Source of the DNA: Candidatus Aegiribacteria sp.
GTDB lineage: Bacteria > Fermentibacterota > Fermentibacteria > Fermentibacterales > JCC-6
Reading direction: 5' to 3'
Assembly (NCBI GenBank): GCA_046498225.1
Contig: JAWOBF010000023.1
Coordinates: 1 to 12,552, forward strand
Length of the DNA: 12,552 nucleotides
Part shown: one piece after another, positions 1 through 6,331 of the stretch
Numbering within the stretch: position 1 is the first letter of the stretch
How the letters are laid out: each line of letters starts with the position of its first letter
Program-made: the position numbers and the translations under genes
Notes under the pieces: model-generated
Told to the model about the DNA's origin: nothing
Databases searched by the model: none
The model's input: the letters and a program-made list of their open reading frames with translations, nothing else

Positions 1-342
1 GGCTTTTCCCGTACAAGGCTGGAAAGAACGGATGTCCGGGAGGTCATCATCACCCGCCGGACAACGGACTCCGGCATCAAATTCACCGTACGGATAATAT
101 CCAGTATAGGCGACCATGTGGTTGCGATCCTCGATGAGGAAGGGAACGCCAGGGAATTCGCGGGCGAGCTGGCCTCTCTTCTTGCGGTCCCTCTGCGGGA
201 CAGCACATCGGGACGGGAAAGCAGAGAGGAGAATTTTCAGAAGGTTGCCGCAATGCTCAAGAGGAACCATCCCCTGCTCTTCAGGCTGCTGGGCGGATTC
301 ATTGAGCGAAACCGAAGAACTCCTCCCCCCGGATGGTCCTGA
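1..342 (+). CDS. 3' part of a hypothetical protein (5'-truncated by the window edge), possibly a bacterial PH-like domain
   Basis: Frame 1 is open from base 1 to TGA 340-342 (GFSRTRLERTDVREVIITRRTTDSGIKFTVRIISSIGDHVVAILDEEGNAREFAGELASLLAVPLRD...PPGWS). Several beta-strand-like segments followed by an amphipathic 'AREFAGELASLLAVPL' helix resemble bPH-type domains (inference). Confidence 0.6.
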   Translation, partial: GFSRTRLERTDVREVIITRRTTDSGIKFTVRIISSIGDHVVAILDEEGNAREFAGELASLLAVPLRDSTSGRESREENFQKVAAMLKRNHPLLFRLLGGFIERNRRTPPPGWS

Positions 343-347
343 GAAAG
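314..347. repeat. Imperfect direct repeat, copy 1 (partner at 1439-1472)
   Basis: gaagaactcctccccccggatggtcctgagaaag versus gaagaacccctccccccggatggtccggaggaag: 31/34 identical by eye. An upstream attgagcg is also shared (301-308 and 1423-1430). Confidence 0.85.
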
Positions 348-538
348 CGGACAGATAAACCTCCTAGGAAGGTGTTTGTTCACCGCCTGGAGATTTCGCT
401 CGTTGACCGGTTGGATACGCTTCGGTATTTATGGAAATTGACGAAATCGGATGAATAATGCGGGTCTGCAAGAAAGATCACAGCAGGTCCTGGAAGGTGT
501 ATGATCCGGTTTTCTATTGCTCACTTGATTGGAACAGA

Positions 539-1335
539 ATGGGATTGACCAGCTTTGTGAGTCGTAACGCAAGACAGCTACTGTCCGGCGGTTACGCCAA
601 CCCCGGCACCAGGATAGCGTTCGTCCACGTTCCCAAGTGCGGCGGCAGCTCCCTCACAGTGGCCCTGAAGACCGCCATCGGCTTCCACGTCCAGATTCCC
701 GGAAGAAGCAGCGCGGCCCTGGCTCACGAGGCCGCCAGCAGGACGGCGGAAATCCTGGACCGGGACTACAACCGGCTATGCGCGGACCTGTTGCTTTACT
801 ACCTCGCCGACCGCCGGCTTCGTTTCATAGCCGGTCACTGGCCGGTCCGTGACGCGGCCTTCGAGGAGTTTTCCGAAGAATGGGATTTCGTACTCCTGCT
901 GAGGCATCCGGTGAGACGGTGGCTTTCCAATTACTTCTTCAACCGGTACAAGACCTCCGATCACTACCGTATCGACCGGGAGCTGAACGAATTCCTGAAT
1001 ACCTCCAGGGCCAGGTGGTACGGCTGCGCCTACGCCGCCTATCTGGCGCCGGACGACTTCGCATACGGCGATGATCCCGCCGAGGCTCCCCTCGACAAGG
1101 CTCTGGCAAGTCTGCAGCGGTTTCGCATCGTGGGAACCCTGGAGCATCTGGACTCCATGGCGGAGAGTTTCCGGCGCATCTACGGCGCCCGCCTGAACAC
1201 TCCTCACGCCAACCTCAACCCCAGGGGGAAGGCCTATGCGAGAGGGATGTGACACCCGAGCAGATGGAGAGGATAGAGCGGATCTGCCAGCCGGACATGC
1301 GCATCTACCGGGAAGCCCTGGAGCTGGCGCGCTGA
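539..1335 (+). pseudogene. Sulfotransferase family 2 domain protein, frameshifted near 1241 (true pseudogene or sequencing error)
   Basis: 5'-PSB-like motif IAFVHVPKCGGSSL, the FIAGH motif and 3'-PB-like motif LLRHPVRRWLSNYFF are present. Frame 2 stops at 1250-1252, but frame 1 continues RDVTPEQMERIERICQPDMRIYREALELAR to TGA 1333-1335, matching the typical D-x-x-(L/I)-Y-x-x-A C-terminal helix. The start is placed at ATG 539; ATG 458 is also possible. Confidence 0.8.
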
Positions 1336-1438
1336 GCGCGGTACTCAAGCCATCTGCCGCTCACTCTTACAGTGAATGCTTCGACGATGATGGAGAGGTG
1401 AGGGAGTTCCTCGGGCAGACATATTGAGCGGAAGTGAT

Positions 1439-1472
1439 GAAGAACCCCTCCCCCCGGATGGTCCGGAGGAAG
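1439..1472. repeat. Imperfect direct repeat, copy 2 (partner at 314-347)
   Basis: See copy 1. This copy is part of the intact hairpin at 1443-1477. Confidence 0.85.
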
Positions 1473-1477
1473 GGGTT
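1443..1477 (-). terminator. Intrinsic terminator-like hairpin downstream of the minus-strand propeller gene (possibly bidirectional)
   Basis: The minus strand reads aaccccttcctccgga-cca-tccggggggaggggtt, a 16-bp stem with two G-U pairs, 20 nt past the stop at 1498. The U-tail is weak on the minus strand. Confidence 0.7.
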
Positions 1478-1497
1478 TGGACAAGTAAGCGGCTGTT

Positions 1498-2760
1498 CTA
1501 GCGGCTTACAAGGACTTTCTGGACAAGGCTGCCGCTGTCGGTGGTCAGCCTGACGAAGAATACACCCGGGCCATTATCCGACGCGCTGAAGAGCGTCTGA
1601 TGACTGCCGGAAGCCATCTCACCGTTCTCCAGGGTGGAGATGAGCCTGCCGGTCAGGTCGAAGACATCCAGACGGGCGCTGCCGCCCTGGGGAAGCGAGT
1701 AGGAGACGGCTGCAGCTCCCGTTACGGGATTGGGGCTGACGTCCAGGGTCAGGCCGAAAGATCCCGCCTCTCCCTGGTCTTCGGCAACACCGGTGAACCC
1801 GGCAGGGGTCCTGTAGGTTCCTTCGTACATCGTGGTTACATAGAGATGATCTTCTTCTCCGCAGAAGGCCAGGTCCATGGCGTATCCGGGCAGGTCGCCG
1901 GTGATGTCGAACCAGTTTTCACCGCCGTCGGTACTTCCAATTACGGTTCCATCGATGGTCACCGCGGCGAGGCGGGTCGGTTCGATCGGGGAGTACTCAA
2001 TGGCCATGCACCAGTCGGATGTTACCTGAGTCCAGTTGTCTCCTCCGTCGGTGGTCCTGTAGAGACCGTCCTCGTCGGAGCAGACCAGGTTGTCAGGATT
2101 CATTCCCTCGGCGGCTATGGCGTAGAAGATGGTGGATGAGCTCAGTCCTCCGGCGGCCTCGGTCCATGTGGCTCCTCCGTCATCGCTCCTGTAGACGTAG
2201 GGAATGCCGCAGGTGTACAGGGTTCCCATAAGTGTCTGGGTGATGTCGGTTATGGCGCTCTGGGGCTTTGTAAGTTCCGTCCAGGTCTGCCCGTTGTCGG
2301 TGGACACGACGAGTTCGCCGGGCTCCACGTCCGAGATGGCTCCGCAGTAGAAGGTACCGGGGGTGGAGACATCCTCATGCATGGCCCAGAAGGCACCGCC
2401 GTTACTGGGGTAATAGTAGTCCCAGTTCTGGCCCAGATCGAAGGAAACATCGATATAACCCTTGTCGAAGCCGTTTGCCCGACCGGTTATGATAATCTCC
2501 GGGACAGTACTCCCGGCGTCGATGCTGTAAACTTCCCGGCCCATCATTCCCGATTCCTCGACAACGGTCCATGTGTCGTCGCTCAGGTCGAGATAATGGA
2601 ATCCCTCGTAGGTACCCACAAGAATGCGGCCGCCGTTGTCATCCCATGTGATGCAGTGGCTTACAGTGGACTCCATGCTGAGGTTTTCCCACTGGGTATC
2701 CTCACCCGGGAAAGCCATGGCTATACCAGCAGTCAGAACGATCAGAAAGAGTGTTCTCAC
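1498..2760 (-). CDS. Secreted Asp-box (BNR) repeat beta-propeller protein with C-terminal T9SS type-A sorting (Por secretion tail)-like Ig domain
   Basis: GTG at 2760 has an AAGGAG RBS (2772-2767) and gives the signal peptide MRTLFLIVLTAGIAMA. Five Asp-boxes: SFDLGQNW, STDNGQTW, SDDGGATW, TTDGGDNW, STDGGENW. The C-terminus VSPNPVTG...LDVFDLTGRLI...PGVFFVRL...QKVLVSR matches the PNP / YDxxGR / GxYxV / KxxV pattern of secretion tails. Confidence 0.85.
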   Translation of the reverse strand: MRTLFLIVLTAGIAMAFPGEDTQWENLSMESTVSHCITWDDNGGRILVGTYEGFHYLDLSDDTWTVVEESGMMGREVYSIDAGSTVPEIIITGRANGFDKGYIDVSFDLGQNWDYYYPSNGGAFWAMHEDVSTPGTFYCGAISDVEPGELVVSTDNGQTWTELTKPQSAITDITQTLMGTLYTCGIPYVYRSDDGGATWTEAAGGLSSSTIFYAIAAEGMNPDNLVCSDEDGLYRTTDGGDNWTQVTSDWCMAIEYSPIEPTRLAAVTIDGTVIGSTDGGENWFDITGDLPGYAMDLAFCGEEDHLYVTTMYEGTYRTPAGFTGVAEDQGEAGSFGLTLDVSPNPVTGAAAVSYSLPQGGSARLDVFDLTGRLISTLENGEMASGSHQTLFSASDNGPGVFFVRLTTDSGSLVQKVLVSR

Positions 2761-2821
2761 TTCGGTCTCCTTTCTTATGGAAGCAGTTTCGACCAGAACC
2801 TGAGTTCCGATCAGGCGGTTG

Positions 2822-2843
2822 TACACTAAAAAAATTTTGTACG
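2822..2843. promoter_or_regulatory. Candidate operator A (TACA-N12-TGTA-CG)
   Basis: Palindromic gTACA ctaaaaaaattt TGTAc overlapping the -10 and spacer of the minus-strand promoter. A similar site lies at 3052-3073. Confidence 0.5.
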
Positions 2844-2851
2844 CATGTCAA
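2823..2851 (-). promoter_or_regulatory. Sigma70-type promoter for the propeller gene
   Basis: Minus-strand TTGACA (2851-2846), 17-nt spacer, TAGTGT (2828-2823), in AT-rich context. Confidence 0.65.
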
Positions 2852-3014
2852 ATTTTTTTGTATAAATTCAAGAACTCGAACGACATAGGAAAAAGATAAC
2901 CGATAACTTTGCCGGAACCCGGGTCTTCTTCCTCGATAGATAAACCATATATGGGAGAATTTGAAGGATAGCGGCATTGATCTTGCGGAGGAACCATACG
3001 CTCATATGTAAGGG

Positions 3015-3043
3015 TTGACACACCAGACGGAATAGAGTCTAAT
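3015..3043 (+). promoter_or_regulatory. Sigma70-type promoter for the ArsR-GT2 operon
   Basis: TTGACA 3015-3020, 17-nt spacer, TCTAAT 3038-3043. Confidence 0.7.
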
Positions 3044-3051
3044 TCGATTTA

Positions 3052-3073
3052 TACAATCAATATTAATTGTGCG
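3052..3073. promoter_or_regulatory. Candidate operator B (TACA-N12-TGTG-CG)
   Basis: TACA atcaatattaat TGTGCG just downstream of the -10 of the regulator's promoter, with the same spacing as operator A. Confidence 0.5.
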
Positions 3074-3096
3074 TTCATGCATCAGGGAGGAATATT

Positions 3097-3666
3097 TTGG
3101 AGCAGATGGGAGTCCTGAACGAACTGGATCAGCTGAAAGCCCTTTCCGTGCCTCTTCGGCTCAAAATAATCAAGATGCTCCAGCAAGAGCCAATGACCAC
3201 GACACAGGTGGCCAATGTTCTGAATGAGAAACCCAACCGCCTCTACTACCATGTAACCGAGCTGGAGAGAGTGGGGATACTGGAGGTAGTGGAGACGAAG
3301 CAGCGCGGCAATCTGGTGGAGAAATACTACCAGCCGGTGGCCCGACTATTCAGGATAGACCCGGGAATATTCCAGCAGGGTCCCGAGGGTCAGCAGGTTT
3401 ACCTGGAGACTGCCATATCCAACTGCGACCATACCATTCTTGACATACGCGATGCAGTCGACCGGGGGCTGATGCCGCCCGAGGAGATGAAGAAGGCCAT
3501 GTGCGTGCATATGGACTTCACCCTTTCCGAAGATGAATCTCAGCAGATCTCAGATGATTTCAGGGAACTGCTCGAGGAGTGGAAACAGCGGTCGATGAAC
3601 AGCGGAACCGGAAGACGCACCCATCTCTCGATGATGATCTACACCAAGATGAACGATTCGGAATGA
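3097..3666 (+). CDS. ArsR/HTH_20-family winged-helix transcriptional regulator
   Basis: N-terminal LKALSVPLRLKIIKML...MTTTQVANVLNEKPNRLYYHVTELERVGILEVVETKQRGNLVEKYY is typical of ArsR-like wHTH proteins with a C-terminal extension. GGAGG at 3086-3090 lies 6 nt before an in-frame TTG at 3097. Confidence 0.9.
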   Translation: MEQMGVLNELDQLKALSVPLRLKIIKMLQQEPMTTTQVANVLNEKPNRLYYHVTELERVGILEVVETKQRGNLVEKYYQPVARLFRIDPGIFQQGPEGQQVYLETAISNCDHTILDIRDAVDRGLMPPEEMKKAMCVHMDFTLSEDESQQISDDFRELLEEWKQRSMNSGTGRRTHLSMMIYTKMNDSE

Positions 3667-4616
3667 AACAGGTAAATGACAGCAGCGTGGGAGTGATAAT
3701 CCCCGTGTACAACGCGGCTCCATTCCTTGAGGCGGCGGTGGACTCCGCCCTGTCCCAGAAAGAGACCGCGGAGGTCATCCTCGTGGAGGACGGCTCCACC
3801 GACGAGAGCCTTTCCGTCTGCAGGCGCCTTGAAAAAATGCATCCTTCGGTCCGGCTGGTCAGGCACCCGGAAGGGGCCAACCTTGGCGCCGGAGCTTCCC
3901 GCAACCTGGGGATACGTTCCTCCTCCGCCAGTTTACTGGCATTTCTGGACGCCGATGACTACTACCTTCCGGACCGTTTCTCCTATCCAGTCCATCTCCT
4001 TAGCCATGACCGGACTGTGGAAGGTGTCTACCAGGCAATCGGTGTTCACTGCGAAGATACGGAAGCGCGCAGGAAGCTGGAGGATTTCGGCATAGGGGAA
4101 GTGACCATGCTGGACAGGGAAGTGGACCCGGGCGAGCTGGCCGATGTTCTGATAGCGGCGGAGAACGGAACCTTTTCTCTGGACGGTCTCGTGGTAAGAA
4201 GCGACATTTTTGAAAGGTGCGGCTATTTTCTGGAAGAACTTAGGCTGCATCAGGATACTGCAATGATCATTCAGATGGCCTGTTTCGGAAAACTGGTCCC
4301 GGGCAGCCTGACGGAACCTGTATCGGTGAGAAGGGTTCACGGCGGCAACAGGTACCTGTCCAGCTACGACAGCTTTCGCAAATGCTTCGCTCTGTGGGAT
4401 TCACTGCTGGGCTGGGCCGCACGGATGGGTGTGTCCACCGGAAGGAAAGCGGGCATCTTCCTCAATCGCCAGTACTACCTGCACAAGATGTGTCTCCGTG
4501 ATAAAGGTCTGTTCTCATCGCTGGTCAGGCTGACCGCCTGCTGTGTCCGTCACCCCGTGCTTTCCATCGGCGCTGTTGAAAAGAGAAGGCTCAGGAGGAA
4601 GCGATCTCAGCCGTGA
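3663..4616 (+). CDS. Glycosyltransferase family 2 (GT-A fold)
   Basis: Motifs VIIPVYNAAPFL, VILVEDGSTDES, GAGASRNLGI and the DXD motif in FLDADD. ATG 3663 overlaps the regulator's TGA (ATGA). Confidence 0.92.
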   Translation: MKQVNDSSVGVIIPVYNAAPFLEAAVDSALSQKETAEVILVEDGSTDESLSVCRRLEKMHPSVRLVRHPEGANLGAGASRNLGIRSSSASLLAFLDADDYYLPDRFSYPVHLLSHDRTVEGVYQAIGVHCEDTEARRKLEDFGIGEVTMLDREVDPGELADVLIAAENGTFSLDGLVVRSDIFERCGYFLEELRLHQDTAMIIQMACFGKLVPGSLTEPVSVRRVHGGNRYLSSYDSFRKCFALWDSLLGWAARMGVSTGRKAGIFLNRQYYLHKMCLRDKGLFSSLVRLTACCVRHPVLSIGAVEKRRLRRKRSQP

Positions 4617-4628
4617 AACCAGCCCGGC

Positions 4629-5912
4629 TCATTCCCTTAAACGGCGCATGGAAAGCATTACCACCACAACAGCTCCGGCGATAAGAGAAAACGCCGTTGC
4701 CAGAGCGGCTCCCAGCCCTCCGTAGACCGGAATGAGCAGCAGGTTCATCCCCACGTTGATGGCTGCGGTCACCAGAACGCTGTAAAGCGAATAGGAAGGT
4801 TTTCCAGCGGCCACGGACATGCAGGCGAAAATGCTTCCGAAGGGTTTTACCACGGTTAGCAGCCCCAGGACCAGCAGGACAGGCCAGGCGGCGTCGTACT
4901 TCCCGCCGTAGAGAGTATTCAGAACTCTTCCGGGAAAACCGGCGAAAAGAATAAAGGCCGGAAGCTGGATGATGTTAATGATGAGAATGGTGGACATGGC
5001 CCTTCTCACCATCTCCTTCCTCTTGCCCTGCTTCCACATCCTGGAGAAGAGAGGGAGAACGACAATCTTGGCGGCGGTATTGATGTTGTCGACCAGGGCC
5101 GTCAGCGTTCTGCTGGCGGCGTAACCGGAAACCTCGGTATCCGTTGACATCTTTCCCAGCAGGAGAATGTCTGTGCGTGTGTATATGTTGGCTGCCAGGC
5201 CCGCGCCCAGGGAAACCACGGAGAAATTGAACAGCATCCTGATATGTCCCTTTTCCAGGCCGAGGGGAAGGCTTACCAGGTTCCTCACGAAAAGAAGGCT
5301 GACCGCGAGGGAGGCCAGGTTGCCGCCGATCATGGCGCCGAATATTTGAAGGGGCGACCTGAGTGAATCGGTAAGTATGAAGAACAGGACCACCAGGATG
5401 CGGACAGCGGTGGAGCTTATCTGGGCCCACATGATCTCCCTGGTCATATGTCTGGCCGCCAGAATGTTCCGGGGCAGTGTCGAGGCGGTGCTGGTAATGA
5501 CGAGGATGGCCAGGGCCACCGGTACGCCCCTCAGGTCTATGTCGGAATAGAAAGACTGGAGCAGATTCCCGGTGGATACAAGCAGCAGCGCGATGATCAG
5601 CGAAGTGCCCATCGCCAGAACTATGCCGGCATTGGTTATGCGCTTCTCCCGCACGGTATCGTCCTCGGAAACGTACTTGACGATAGACTGCATGACGAAG
5701 CCGCCGCCTATCATTATGCTGAAGATCTGCACACTTCTGGCAACCGAGTAGGCGGCGTAAGCTTCCGCCGGCAGTATTCTGATGATGAGTATGCTGAACA
5801 GCCCCCACACCACCAGGGCTCCCTGGCTGACCAGGGCGGGAAGACCTATGCTCATTATTTTGCGGCGGTACTGATGAACGTCCCTGAACATCGCCAGGTT
5901 GCTCAGGCGCAC
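4629..5912 (-). CDS. Polysaccharide flippase / Wzx-like MOP-superfamily exporter
   Basis: Highly hydrophobic multi-pass protein with TRTDILLLGKM...EVSGYAA, VLPLFSR, LYGGKYDAAWPVLLVL and NLLLIPVYGGLGAALAT (Polysacc_synt_C-like). GTG 5912 follows a GGGGAG RBS; the ORF-track start is ATG 5930. Confidence 0.9.
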   Translation of the reverse strand: MRLSNLAMFRDVHQYRRKIMSIGLPALVSQGALVVWGLFSILIIRILPAEAYAAYSVARSVQIFSIMIGGGFVMQSIVKYVSEDDTVREKRITNAGIVLAMGTSLIIALLLVSTGNLLQSFYSDIDLRGVPVALAILVITSTASTLPRNILAARHMTREIMWAQISSTAVRILVVLFFILTDSLRSPLQIFGAMIGGNLASLAVSLLFVRNLVSLPLGLEKGHIRMLFNFSVVSLGAGLAANIYTRTDILLLGKMSTDTEVSGYAASRTLTALVDNINTAAKIVVLPLFSRMWKQGKRKEMVRRAMSTILIINIIQLPAFILFAGFPGRVLNTLYGGKYDAAWPVLLVLGLLTVVKPFGSIFACMSVAAGKPSYSLYSVLVTAAINVGMNLLLIPVYGGLGAALATAFSLIAGAVVVVMLSMRRLRE

Positions 5913-6102
5913 TTTGCTCTCCCCCTTCATAAAGGACGGGCGGCGGCCACACCAGCTTACCGTCCCCTGTCACATGGAAAGCCCGGGCTGGAATTCGCTG
6001 GACAGGATCGGATCCGTTCGCTTCTACGCACAGTCCAGCGGCGGGACAGGGCCCATACGGGTGAGAATGCTACTTTCGCCCGTGTTGAAAGTCAATGACA
6101 AC

Positions 6103-6131
6103 AGGATGTATGAGGGACACAATAAGGTCAA
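6103..6131 (-). promoter_or_regulatory. Candidate sigma70 promoter for the flippase gene
   Basis: Minus-strand TTGACC 6131-6126, 17-nt spacer, CATCCT 6108-6103 (weak -10). Confidence 0.35.
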
Positions 6132-6140
6132 GTCGGTTCA

Positions 6141-6170
6141 TTGACCGATAAGATGCACTTTGAGTATCAT
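6141..6170 (+). promoter_or_regulatory. Candidate sigma70 promoter for the ligase/polymerase-GT4 operon
   Basis: TTGACC 6141-6146, 18-nt spacer, TATCAT 6165-6170. Confidence 0.5.
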
Positions 6171-6331
6171 CGCTCAAAGCAATCTGGACTTCCTTTCAAG
6201 CCGATGATGAGCCATATCATCGACTGGAACAGGCGCGATTCTATGGAGAGGAGCTGGGACAGCTGAGAATACCGCTCATTACCGGACATCCGGGTTCGGG
6301 TGAAGATGCTCAAGTTTCCAGGGTCATCTCC

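Noticed and set aside
1236..1427. 63-aa ORF as an independent gene
   Set aside because: Its first half overlaps the frameshifted sulfotransferase tail in another frame and it has no clear RBS. Only its last codons are of interest, as a possible relic reported under findings.
314..1472. CRISPR array or integron attC interpretation of the 34-bp repeat
   Set aside because: There are only two copies, about 1.1 kb apart, with no cas or integrase gene and no RYYYAAC...GTTRRRY ends.
2761..2826. N-terminal extension of the propeller ORF given in the ORF track
   Set aside because: The upstream start lies inside the predicted -10 element. GTG 2760 has an RBS and yields a clean signal peptide.
3579..3662. 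N-terminal extension of GT2 given in the ORF track
   Set aside because: It overlaps the regulator's coding sequence. ATG 3663 with an ATGA overlap places the GT2 domain at the N-terminus as usual.
4975..6098. 332-aa minus ORF (4975-5973) and 216-aa plus ORF (5448-6098)
   Set aside because: Alternative-frame or antisense overlaps of the flippase, with Arg/Pro/His/Gly-rich composition typical of off-frame translation.
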